A DNA stretch of 64,000 nucleotides from Squalus acanthias (lineage: Eukaryota): contig CM059432.1 in NCBI GenBank assembly GCA_030390025.1, forward strand, positions 74,960,001-75,024,000, written 5' to 3'. The notes beneath the pieces are model-generated. The model was not told the DNA's origin and searched no databases. It saw only the letters and a list, made by a program, of their open reading frames with translations. The translations under genes and the position numbers were made by a program. The stretch's first letter is position 1. The number at the start of each line of letters is the position of its first letter. Positions 39,401 through 51,558 of this stretch are shown here, one piece after another.

Positions 39401-40591
39401 GTCCCCACCCCCAGGGCTATGGGGAAAGAGCAGGGGAGTGGGACTAATTGGATAGCTCTAGCAAAGAGCCGTCAGACATGATGAACAGAATGGCCTCCTT
39501 CTGTGTTGTATCATTCTATGATTTAGTTAGGCTGCTGACAGTCACTGACAAAGCTCACATATGAATATAATCATTTGGGCAAGGTACCGGATGACATTAG
39601 CAATCATGGAACCGTACCTCCAGCGAGGAGTTAATGCTTTGAGGGCATGGAGAGAGAAAACTGCTGGATTAAAATGAAAATTGAAAACATTCCACCTTTT
39701 GCTGTATTGTTCATGAGAATTTGCCCAGATCTTTACCTACAGCTTACAGGAAAAAAAACAATTGATGGTAGAAAGCAAGATAATAACAGACACTTTACAA
39801 GCAGTATCTGTCCAGGGATTCATCAAATGAAATGTGAGCATATTGTAGCATCCAAATTTCATTCACCCAAAGCTGTGTGCGATTGTATCATTTAAGAAAG
39901 CAATAGTTTCTTTTTGTTAGGCACCTGCTGGCAAAATATCAGGCCTAATGAAACAACTACATGCACTATCAACAGCTCTAATGGGCTAGGGACAGCACAT
40001 GTTAAATCACTCACAATCTGTACGCTGAGACATCACAATATTGCTGCCTGATGGTACAAGTTAAAAAAAATGATGGAAGTATTACTGATTGAATATTTCC
40101 TGTATTGCAGAACCAATGATCCAAGCACATAAAACATAGGAGACACAGGGATGTGTGGCATCATGGACTATTTACCAATTTCATGGATGTTGTCTACATA
40201 TTCCATTAATGCTACAATAGCATTGTGATGCTCGAGCACTTCGAGCAAAACAGTATTTTCAACTATTAATTTACTTAACCAGCACGGCAACTGATGAATT
40301 CAGATGATGGTGTCAGACATGTATTGTTGCTATGGTGCATTGCTAGGCATCTTGATAGCTCCTCACCAAAAGATATCAATTCAATGGCCTGCATATCACT
40401 TTCTTGCCTTAATGTCATTTATTGCAGAATGCAATTTTCCATGTCCAGGTCAACAAAGGTTTTGCTACAGCGGCCTAAACCATTTTTTGCACTGGTTTAC
40501 CAGGATCATCGTGGTTTACTTCCAATCGGAAAAAGTGATCACATTTATCATGGGCTTTACACATCACAATATATTGATATAGATAATTAAT

Positions 40592-41296
40592 GGGCCGGAT
40601 ATTCCGATCCTACGGGTGTGTACGCGCTGTGTACTCACCCGTAGGGACATCGGAAATGCCGGTTTGAGGCATGCACTGCGCATGCGCTGGAAACCGGCAT
40701 TTCCGATCTGTCAAGAAAGCTCTTGACAGATCCTCCGGCTGCCTGGGAGAAGGGCCTCTGCGGGCGGATAGTTCCGCTTTTTGGAGACCCTCCGCCCGCA
40801 GAAAACCCAGGATAAGAGTTGAAAAAAATAAAAAAATTAAAATTTCCACTGATTTATCATTTAAAAATACTTTAATAAAAGGTAAGTTTATTTTTAGCCC
40901 CATAAAATACTAATTATTTTTTTCAAAAATTTTAAGTTTTGTTTACAATAGTTAATTTATTGTACTTTCAAGTCATTTTCAAAATGTGATTTAAAAAAAA
41001 TTATTTAAAGTTTTACTATGTTTTGGGGGTGATATCCATTCATATATTTGACAGGTCTTCCTGTCAAATGTATGATGGGAGATTCCCTTCTTTGATTGGC
41101 TCCCCATGGCCCACGTGATCCCAGGGACGCTGTGAACTACCTGTGCCTCTGGGATACGTGGGCCCTGCACACCGGCAGTTTGGAGAGGCCCAGCAGCGGA
41201 ATTGTGTGCGTCCCGGGAGCCCTCAGGTAAGGGCGCAGATTTTTCCAGATCGCAGTCCTCCGCCCGCGGGAGGCCTGCGATTGGAATATCTGGGCC
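40592..41296. mobile_element. Harbinger-like MITE, 705 bp
   Basis: TIRs gggccggatattcc / ggaatatctgggcc, exact 3-bp TSD aat (40589-91, 41297-99), AT-rich core. Confidence 0.82.
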
Positions 41297-41352
41297 AATA
41301 TATTGTAACATCATACATCTCTAACAGTAATGTCCTCACAATTAGGTATTAC

Positions 41353-41488
41353 CTTGCTGCCAAATTGTAAACTGGCCCCAGTCTCCTTTTTCTCTCAAGT
41401 TTTCATCTTCAGGCAAGAAAAAACCCTTTTCTTTATCCATAACAGCCAGACCCTCATCGCGGATTAACTTCCAATTCCTCTCGAGAGT
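41353..41488 (-). CDS. ASPH: ASPH exon, 136 nt: TLERNWKLIRDEGLAVMDKEKGFFLPEDENLREKGDWGQFTIWQQ(G)
   Basis: Hand-translated. Matches LERNWKLIRDEGLAVMDK..LPEDENLREKGDW.QFT.WQQG. ttgtag| acceptor, |gtaata donor, phase 0/1. Confidence 0.96.
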
Positions 41489-41616
41489 CTACAATAAAGA
41501 AAAAATGTACTAGAATTTAGATATTGGCCTTAGGATCTCACAACAGAACAATTCCCTTTCAAGGGTTAAGGTAATTATCAGCAATACTTCTTTCTCAACA
41601 CGAAAATGAAAATCTA

Positions 41617-42374
41617 GGCCCGGATTTTGCATTCCCCATGATTGCGTAAGCCTTGTAAAAGGCCCCGTAAATTCCGGTTTTCTGCATGCGCTGCGCACGT
41701 GCGAAAACCCAGAACTTGCGATCTGTCAAGGTTCGCCCTGACAGATCATATGAACCAACCCAAAAATCACTTTAGCTGGCGCAGAGTTGAGCTATTTGCC
41801 CAACTACTGCCCAGCAAATGCCCTGAAACCCTTACGCTTGGTAAAAGCAGGCGTAGGGCCTGCTTTCACTAACGTAAGGGTTAATATAAATCTTACATTA
41901 AAAATTAATAAAAAATCAAGCCCAAACATTTTAAATTAGTTTATGTAAATTTTGGCCCGGATTAATGTTTCAAATTATTTTTCAAAAAATTAAATTTTTA
42001 TTGTAAATGTTTTATTGAAGGGACTTTTAATTAAATGTGAAAATGGGAACATTTATTTTTATTCCAGTTGTATAAATTATTTAATTATTTGGGGATTCCT
42101 CATATGCTTATGGGGATTCCGTTCGTAAATGGAATCCCCATAAGAATATTAGGAATCCTCCTTTCTGATTGGAGGACCTGGCCCACGTGATCCCAGGGGC
42201 GTTTCTGAACCGCCTGCGTCCCTGGGATCCATGGGCCTTTACGCAGGCATATGCCTGCAGGTCCAGAACCTGAAGTCTCCGAAGCCTGGCAGCCTGAAGG
42301 TAGGTACGGATTTTTTTTAAAGTCGGGTCGGAGGCGTTCTCCGGAGGTATGCCTCCAATCGGAAATTCCGGCCC
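41617..42374. mobile_element. Harbinger-like MITE, related family, same orientation
   Basis: TIRs ggcccggattttgc / ggaaattccggccc, flanks cta/tta. Shares internal motifs gatctgtcaag and ggcccacgtgatcccaggg with 40592-41296. Confidence 0.78.
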
Positions 42375-42479
42375 TTAATAAAGCGGACTTTCCCACATCT
42401 GGTCAGTGTCTGGAAGATCTACTATGGCATCTTAGTATAATGTACAGCACTAACATGAAACCAATAAGATCACAGGATT

Positions 42480-45400
42480 CATAGGAGATAAAAAGGGATC
42501 TGACACAAATTAACTGGGCAGAAAAGTCAGCATACAGATTGACGGATCAGCAATGGGAAATTTTCAAGCATGAGCTGGATAGAGTACAAAATAAATATAT
42601 TCCTACAAGATGAAAAGGGGGTGCATCAAACTACAGAGAGTTCTGTAAATAAATAGAAAGGCTAAAACTAAATTGAAACTTGAAAAGAAGATACAAGATA
42701 AAGTTAGAATTAGCAATTTGGAACACAGAAAATGTAGTATGAAGGTGAAAAAGATTAGAAGGGCTAACAGGGAATATGATAAAAGAGTAGCAAATAATAT
42801 AAAAGGAAATAAAGTTTATAAAAAGTAAAATAAGTTAGAGAGGGTAGAACTGCTCAGGAATGAAGGAGCGAGTCCAATTGTGGAGGATGAAGGTATAGCA
42901 GGGTTAATAAATATTTTGGATCTGTTTTTACAAATGATGGAAGTGAAAATGCAAATATACTTGGGGAGGATATGGAACAATTGGTAGAGGCAACTGTAAA
43001 AAAAGAAATTGGTTCTAAAATAATTAGCAGGATTCAGGGTAGATAAGTCCCTGATAATATGCACCCTAGGTAGTTGAAATAAGTCAGAAAATAGTAGAGG
43101 CTCTGACCATAATTTTTCAATCCTCATTAAATAAGCAAATTGTGCCATTGGACCAGAGAGTAACCAATGTAACACACCTTTGTTTTAAGAAGGGAAAGAA
43201 GGAAACCAGGTAATTATAAATCAGTTAGTCTAATGTCATTTGTGGGCAAGCTCTTAGAATCCAAAACCAAAAGTAAGTATTTAGAAATGCATGAGCTAAT
43301 CAGGAAAGAAAGAAAGAAAAACAAACCTGCATTTGTATCGCACCTTTCACAACCTCAGGACTTCCAAAGCACTTCGCAACCAATTAATTACTTTTGAAGT
43401 TAGTCACTGTTGTAATCAAGGACTTTCAGCATGGATTTGTTAAAGGAAAGTCATATTTAACAAATTTAATAGAGTCCCTTGAAGAACTGACTAATGAATA
43501 GAGAGTAGGAATGCAGAGAGGGTAAAAGCCGATACCAACTAGCTGGGCTGAATGGTCTGTTTCTCCATTGTAATTTCTATGTAGTGTAAAGCAATCTCCA
43601 GAAAGCGTTCAATAAAGTGTCCCACAAGAGGCTTGTTAGATAAGTTCAGGCCCATGGTATAACAGGAAATGTAGCCAGATGGATAGAAAGTTGGTTGACA
43701 GGAAGCCAAGCATCAAGATGAATGGGAGTTGGACTAGAGAAGGGTTAGAAGTGTATATTCAAGGAGTCAGTAACGGGTTCACCTTTGTTCTCAGTATATA
43801 TAAATAATTTGGACTTGGGTATAGGGAACACGATCTTAAAACGTGCATGTGACACAAATGTCGGGGGTTTGGCAAACGATGAGAATAATTTGACAGAATG
43901 GGAAGACAGGTGTCAGATGCAACTTAATGCGGTTAAGTGTGAGGTAATATACTGAGAGAAAAAACAAGAAAAGCGAGTATACATTCAATGGAACGACGCT
44001 GAAGAATGTGGACGAACAGAGAGATCGAGGCATTCAAATACATAACTTCCTGAAAGTGAGAGTGTGTGAAGGAATAAGCAATATACCTATTCAGAAAAAT
44101 ACACCATTCTATAAAAGAATTCTGACTTTATTAAAACATGACAAACTGGGCTTGAAAATCTAAAAACCTAACAATGGAGAAGCTGTACTGTAAACAGTAT
44201 ACAGGATATTGAGATAAGATAAGTTGTTGACACTGAATCAATAGCCTTATTGAAACAGGAGGTTGGAGGCTCCTGAAAGTCTGAAGCTTTGGAAAGAACA
44301 CAATTGTATACCCTGTTAAGGTGTCTTAAACCAACACTTTCAAAAGAATCACGTAAGATTAAAGAAACATATGCCTTCGTAAAAATGACATCAAATGAAA
44401 GACAGGAGACACGAGTCTGTGTTGCAACCAGCTGAGGTAACTAAGAAGACAATGGTGCACCTGGTTGAGGTGTTTTTAATTTACACGTCGTAAAAAGATA
44501 CAAACAGAAGACCTTGGTAAGAATGACATCAAATAGATGCACCTGCTCCACATCGTTTTTATGATAAGCTTCAAACACCTAAAGGTAGAGACACGATTCT
44601 TAATGCTACCAGCTGAACTGACTGTAAGAATAGCAGGGGTCAACAGATAAATGACTAGAGATAATTAGCTTACATCAGCAGAAAACTTCAAAGGATATAC
44701 CACTGAGAAAGGGTATAAAAATTGAACTTTCAAATGGGATGACAGATTCGCTGTAAAGGAGCAAAGCGATTCTCGGCTTCAGAGGCAAGCTCTAAGTCTA
44801 CAACTCTTTGTATCTCGGGGATCAAGGTATTGTATTTGATTTTGGTGGATATCCTGGAATAAGACTAAGAAATGTAAAAATGTAACGAAGTTAAGATTTG
44901 AGAATAAGGATCTCTGATAATAGAATTGTAAGATTTCTGTTTTTGGAACTGTTAATGTTGCGATTGAATCACCAACTGTAAATTACATGTCGGTTCTTTA
45001 ATAAATCTATATATTTTTAGAATTATCTCACATAGTACTTCTGTATCAAACTCGCGAACTCAATCTCTGTACGCTCTTTGGTGAGGAGTTGCAGAATTCT
45101 GAGGGAGTTTTCCGGACCCTCATAACATCCGGAACGTTACAGTCTAGCTAAACTTATTAAAAGTGCTATCTGGAGGACGGTAACATCTTCAGGTTGTTCC
45201 TTTCCTTTAGGGAGAGATAGTCTGGACCTTTAGACCCAATTAAGCATCTTTAGGATTCGGCTACCTCTAACTTTAGTTGAAAGTGAATGTCTGGGGAATA
45301 CGCCTGATCTGGGGTAGCCCTAAAGGGGCTAGGACTAGTAATTATCCCTTCAAGTGCAGGTAGATAAAGCCATGAACAAGGCCAACAGCATTTTGCGTTT

Positions 45401-45920
45401 TATATATAGGGGCACAGAACACAAGAGTAAAGAAGTAATGATAAATTGTATAAGGCATTGAATAGACCAGTTACAGAAAGGACATGAAAGTCTCAGAGTG
45501 CAGAACACAGATTCACCAGGATAATGGCAGGGTTAGGACGCTGTAGTTATGACAGGCGATGCAAGGTACTAAGACTATTTCCACTGCAGCATAGAAGGCG
45601 AAGAGGAGATCTAATAGAAGTATTTAAAATTGTCAAGAGTTTTGATAGAGTGAATGGGGAAAGGCTATTTCCTCTGGTTGGGGTGTCAATGACAAGCGAA
45701 TATCAATTTAACATTGTCACTAAGAGTGAGGAAAGAGGATAAAGTTTCTTTACAGAAACTATGGGAATATGGAATACTTTGCCACAGGAAATGATTGATG
45801 CAGAGACCAGTACATCTTATTAGGAAAAATTGGATAAGTATTTGAAGCAGAGGAATATACAGGAGAGACTGCAGGGCAGTGGAATTAGTTTTGGATTGCC
45901 CTAGTAAAGGGTTGGTATAG
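42480..45920 (+). mobile_element. Old degenerate CR1 ORF2 with nested insertions
   Basis: Decayed CR1 DNA (gataagtcccc, cagcatggatttgttaaaggaaagtca, RGDLIEVFKI in ORF 45524-45742). Interrupted by a SINE tail (~43305-43415) and the LTR-like element. Confidence 0.8.
44065..45352 (+). mobile_element. Probable solo LTR (~1.29 kb)
   Basis: TG...CA ends with TGAAGG/CCTTCA inverted termini, 4-bp flanks agtg/agtg, TATAAAA at 44714-20, AATAAA at 45000-05, repeated TGACATCA blocks upstream. The CR1 host resumes seamlessly. Confidence 0.72.
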
Positions 45921-46169
45921 ATATGACAGTTGCTTGGGAAATGGTGCATCACAAAAGAGGAAGACAAAAATTAATTTAAGCTGTAGAGGGAATGGGTAGG
46001 GTGAAACAATATACATTTATAAAACAAACAGCTGTTATATTTGAGGTCCTTCAAATATCTTGTGAATAAATTTAGATATGTGATCATAGTCTCTGCCTAT
46101 CTGATGCCACCCTTAAAATCTAATAGCTCAATGTCTTATGGCCATGTGATCAACTATCTAACTGAGGAT

Positions 46170-46497
46170 CCCTTGCTATGTCTGTAACCTCCTCCAGCCT
46201 TACAACCCTCCAAGAGCTGTGTTCCCCCAACTTTGGCCCCCTCTGCATCACCATTGGCAGACGTGCCTTCAGCTGTCAATGCCCCAAGCTCTGGAATTCC
46301 CTACCTAAACATCTCTACCTGCCTCTTCTCCTTTAAGACTCTCCGTAAAACCTACCTGTTTGACCAAGCTTTTCGTCCCCCCCTTCTAATATCTCCTTCT
46401 TTAGCTCAGTGTCAATTTGTCTGATTACACTTCCGTGAAACACCTTGTGACATTTTCCTATGTTAAAGGCACAATACAAATGCAAACTGTTGTTGTT
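46170..46497 (+). mobile_element. L2-type 3' end fragment
   Basis: ctctggaattccct..tttaagact..aaaacctacctgtttgaccaagctttt..acaaatgcaaactgttgttgttg tail. Confidence 0.6.
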
Positions 46498-46538
46498 GGA
46501 TTACTCTGAACACAGTACGCCATTAAAAATACACATAC

Positions 46539-46676
46539 CTTCACCAGTTCAGTATACCCTGTTTCTTTAGTCATCCACCAGGGCTGAGCCTTAAGTCCAT
46601 TCACATTGTAGAGTGAACGCTGCCACACTGATGCAAAGTGACCCTTTTTGTGTCCCAGCTCATACCACTTGTATGC
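46539..46676 (-). CDS. ASPH: ASPH exon, 138 nt: AYKWYELGHKKGHFASVWQRSLYNVNGLKAQPWWMTKETGYTELVK
   Basis: Near-identical to recalled mammalian ASPH. cacag| acceptor, |gtatgt donor, phase 0/0. Confidence 0.97.
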
Positions 46677-47529
46677 CTGTGGATCAAATGAACCAGTAAA
46701 GCTATTTATATCATAATTCATACTAAGAAATTTTGTCAGCAAGTCTGTTGTTCCCATTGACCACCAACCCCTTCACTGCTAACTGCACTGAGAGCGTTAA
46801 ATATAAAGCTATTGAAAAATTCCAAAACACTCAAAATTATGTTTTTAAGATTCTTTTATTTCACCAATTATAGACTGGATTACTTTCCCAGATAAATTAA
46901 CCAATCAAAAACTGACCATTTAAAAGAGAATTTGTTCTGTCAACAGCAACATGAAAATGAGCTTTCCTATTGCTGCATTAAACATTATTAATCTAGTCTC
47001 ATTATCTGGAGCTAGGTTATTAATTGGCATTTGTGACCTTGATTAAAAATAGAACTTGGCTCAAACTGGTTTGAATACACTGCATAGATTTTGATCGATT
47101 GAAAATGATAGATTTTTTTTTGCAATATCTGAGGATGCAACACTGGAGGTGGAAGAAAGAGAGGGGCCAGCGAAAGCAATGTGAAAGCATATCAAAGGAT
47201 GAGATAGAAAAGGGCTGATATAAAAAAATCCAATTTAGAGATATATTTAGTGTAGCTTTAACTTTACTTGGAAGGTTAACTCAATCAGAGCCAGGCAATT
47301 ATTTTTACTAAAAGCCTACTGCAACAAAATATTGAAAGTAGGATTTTCAATCTTTCATTAAGCAGAATTTCCATGTACTTTTAACCAATTTTATTATTTT
47401 AGTGTGTATCTAAGATGATATTTTGGTAGAAATGCATCACCCAAATGCATCTGTGATCCTAACTGAGTTTTTGATGAATAGATTCTATTAACCCATTTAT
47501 ATAAAATGGGAACTTGCAGTTATACTCAC

Positions 47530-47619
47530 CTCCTGATCACCCACTCTCTGCAATGCATCTCCCAAGTGGAAGTAAAAACGTCCATCATCAGTGCCGGGGT
47601 CCCCAGATATTAATCCTTC
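47530..47619 (-). CDS. ASPH: ASPH exon, 90 nt: EGLISGDPGTDDGRFYFHLGDALQRVGDQE
   Basis: Hand-translated; not in the ORF track. Matches SGDPGTDDGRFYFHLGDA.QRVG. ctgcag| acceptor, |gtgagt donor, phase 0/0. Confidence 0.96.
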
Positions 47620-47780
47620 CTGCAGAGATTATATATTTTTTTTTAAATCTGTTTATACCACAAAGCTACCACACTAAAAGTACATTCCTCAATACTCACA
47701 AGGAGATATACACTTGATTTTGTTTCTATTTTATTGCAAACCTTCCTGTTTCCCGAATTAACCACTTCCAGTGCAACTAG

Positions 47781-50700
47781 TTTTTTAAAATTAATTTATG
47801 GGATGTGGGCGTCACTGGCAAAGCCAGCATTTATTGCCCATCCCTAATTGCCTTCGAGAAGATGGTGGTGGTGAGCCGCCTTCTTGAACCGCTGCAGTCG
47901 GTGGGGTGAAGGAACTCCCAGTGTAATTAGGGAGGGAGTTCCAGGACTTTGAACCAGCGACAATGAAGGAACGGCAATATATTTCCCAGTCAGGATGGTG
48001 TGTGACTGGTTGTTCCCTTGCACCTTCTGCCCTTGACTTCTACGCGGTAGAGGTCGCGGGTTTGGGAGGCGCTGTCGAAGAAGCCTTGGCGAGTTGCTAC
48101 AGTGCTTCTTGTAGATGGTACACACTGCAGACACATTGCGCTCGTGGTGGAGGGAGTGAATGTTTAAGGTGGTGGATGGGATGCCAATCAAGCGGGCTCC
48201 TTTGTCCTGGATGGTGTCGAACTTCTCGAGTGTTGTTGGAGCTGCATTCATCCAGGCAAATGGAGAGTATTCTATCACATTTTATTTGGGTGTGCGACCT
48301 CTTTAAGGTGCTGTGCAGCCCAATCACAGTTTCGCACATGTGCTGTGCGGGGCAACTGCGCAGCTTAGAGGGAATTTTGTTCAGGAGGTGAGTCACTTGC
48401 CACAGAATACCCAGCCTTTGAACTGCTTTTGTAGCCACAGTATTTATGTGGCTGGTCCAGTTAAGTTTCTGGTCAATGGTGACCCCCCCCAGAATGCTGA
48501 TGGTGTAGGATTCAACAATGGAATTGCTGTTGAATGTCAAGGGGTGGTGGTCAGATTCTCTCTTGTTGGAGCTAATCATTGCCTGGCACTTGTATGGTGT
48601 GAATGTTACTTGCCACTTATCAGCCCAAGCCTCAATGTTGTCCAGGTCTTGCTGCATGCAAGCACGGACTGCTTCATTATCTGAGGAGTTGCGAATGGAA
48701 CTGAACACTGCGCAATCATCAGCGAACATCCCCACTTCTGACCTTATGTTGGAGGGAAGGTCATTGATGAAGCAGATGAAGATGGTTGGGCCTAGGACAC
48801 TGCCTTGAGTAACTCCTGCAGCGATGACCTGGGGCTGAGGTGATTGGCCTCTGACAACCACAACCATCTTCCTTTGTGCGAGGTATGACTCCAGCCAGTA
48901 GAGAGTTTCCACCCCCCCCCCCCGATTCCCACGGACTTCAATTTTACTCGGGCTCCTTGATGCCACACTCGGTCAAATGCTGCCTTGATGTCAAGGGCAG
49001 TCACTCTCACCTCACCTCTGGAATTCAGCTCTTTTGTCCATGTTTGGACCAAGGCTGTAATGAACTCTGGAGCTGAGTGATCCTGGCGGAATACAAACTG
49101 AACATCAGTGAGCAGGTTATTGGTGAGTAAGTGCCGCTTGATAGCACTGTCAACGACACCTTCCTTCACTTTGCTGATGATTGAGAGTAGACTGATGGGG
49201 CGGTAACTGGCTGGATTGGATTTATCCTGCTTTTTGTGGATAGGACATACCTGGGCAATTTTCCACATTGTCGGGTAGATGCCAGTGCTGTAACTGTACT
49301 GGAACAGCTTGGCTAGAGGCGTGGCTAGTTCTGGAGTACAAGTCTTCAGTATAACAGCTGGGATGTTGTCGGGACCCATAGCCTTTGCTGTATCCAGTGT
49401 GCTCAGCCGTTTCTTGATATCACATGGAGTGAATCGAATTGGCTGAACACTGGCTTCTGTGATGACGGGCTCCTCAGGATGAGGCAGAGATGGATCATCC
49501 ACTCAGCACTTCTGGCTGAAGGTGGTTGTGAACGCTTCAGCCTGGTCTTTTACATAAGAAATAGGAGCAGGAATAGGCCATTTGGCCCTTCGAGCCTGCT
49601 CCACCATTCAATAAGATCATGGCTGATCTTCTACCTCATCTCCATTTTCCTGAACTATCCCCATATCCCTCGATTCCCTTAATATCCAAAAATCTATCGA
49701 TGTCTGTCTTGAATATACTCAACGACTGAGCTTCCACAGCCCTCTGGGGTAGAGAATTCCAAAGATTCACCACCCTCTGAGTGAAGAAATTTCTCCTCAT
49801 CTCAGTCCTAAATGGCCAACCCCTTATTCTGAGACTGTGACCCCTGGTTCTAGATTCCCCAGCCAGGGGAAACATCCGCCCTGCATCTACCCTGTCAAGC
49901 CCTGTAAGAGATCAAAACTGTACACAATACTCTAGGTGTGGCCTCACCAGGGCCCTATATAATTGCAGTAAGATGTCTTTACTCTTATACTCAAATCCTT
50001 TGCTTTCCTAATTGCTTGCTGTACCTGCATGTTAACTTTCAGTGATTCGTGTACAAGGACACCCAGGTCCCTCTGAGCGCCAACATTTCCCAATCTCTCA
50101 CCATATAAAAAATACTCTGCTTTTCTATTTTTCCTACCTAAGTGGATTACTTCACATTTCTCCGCATTATATTCCATTTGCCATGTTCTTGCCCACTCAC
50201 TTAGCCTGTCTATATCCCCTTGAAGCCTCCTTGCATGCTCCTCATAACTTCCATTCCCACCCAGCTTTGTATCATCAGCAAACTTGGATATATTACATTT
50301 GGTCCCCTCATCCAAATCATTGATGTAGATTGTGAAGAGCTGAGGCCTGTGCTGTAGCTTCACCAGGTTGGCACTTCATTTTTAGGTATGCCTGGTGCTG
50401 GTCCTGGCATGCAATTCTACACCCCTCATTGAACCAGGGTTGGTCCCCTGGCTTGATGGTAATGGTAGGGTAAGGGATATGCCAGGCCATGATGTTACAG
50501 ATTGTGGTGGAATACAATTCTGCTGGTGGCCCACAGCACCTCATGGATGCCCAGTTTTGAACTGCTAGATCTGTTCTGAATCTATCCCATTTACAGTGGT
50601 AGTGTCACACACCACAGTGTCCTCGGTGTGAAGAGGGGACTTCGTCTCCACAAGGGCAGTGCAGTGGTCACTCCTACCAATACTGTCGTGGACAGATGCA

Positions 50701-51558
50701 TCTGCGACAGGCAGGTTGGTGAGGACAAGGTCAAGTATGTTTTTCCCTCATGTTGGTTCTCTCACCACCTGCCATAGGCCCAGTCTGGCAGCTATGTCCT
50801 TCAGTACTCATCCAGCTCGGCCAGTGGTGCTACCGAGCCACTCTTGGTGATGGGCATTGAGGTCCCCCACCCAGAGTACATTCTGTGCCTTTGCTACCCT
50901 CAGTGCTTCTTCCAAGTGATGTTCAACATGGAGGAGTACTGATTCATCAGCTGAGGGAGGGCGGTAGGTGGTAATCAGCAGGAGGTTTCCTTGCACATGT
51001 TTGACCTGATGCCATGAGACTTCATGGGGTCCGGAGTCATTGTTGAGGACTCCCAGGGCCACTCCCTCTCGACTGTATACCACTGTGCCACCTCCTCTGC
51101 TGGTCTGTTCTGTTGGTGGGACAGGTCTCCCCATTTTGGCACAAGTCCCCAGATGTTACTGAGGAGGCCTGTGCAGGGTCAACTGGGCTGGGTGTGCCTT
51201 AGTCATGTCCAGTGCCTAGATGAATGCTGGGTGGGCCATAGTAGCGGTTTGGTACAACCAAGTGGCTTGCTAGGCCATTTCAGGGGGCAGTTAGCCACAT
51301 CTGTGGGGTCTGGAGTCACATTTAGGCCAGACCTGGTTTCCTTCCCTAAAAGACATTCTAAAAAACCAGATGGGTTTTTACGAATTCCTGTAGTTTCAAC
51401 GTCACCACTGATACTAGATTTTTATTCCAGACTTATTTAATTAACTGAATTTAAATTCCCCAGCTGCCGTGGTGGGATTTGAACTCATGTCTCCGGATCA
51501 TTAGTTCAGGCCTCTGGATTACTGGTCCAGTAATATAACCACTATTCTACCATACCCC
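47781..51558 (-). mobile_element. Near-full-length CR1/L2-group LINE (second family) with a tRNA-like 5' head
   Basis: APE motifs (SNIWGL, RGGG, YRPP, VGDLN) and RT motifs (YRPISLLS, LDIKAAFDRVWH, QGSVLGP, FADD), frameshifted. A box TAGAATAGTGG (51549-51539) and B box GAGTTCAAATCC (51486-51475) at its 5' end. Confidence 0.85.
49552..50346 (-). mobile_element. CR1 3' fragment nested in the second-family LINE
   Basis: PQLFTIYINDLDEG..KFADDTKLGG and RNFFTQRVVNLWNSLP, a CR1 tail, and internal deletions. Confidence 0.9.
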
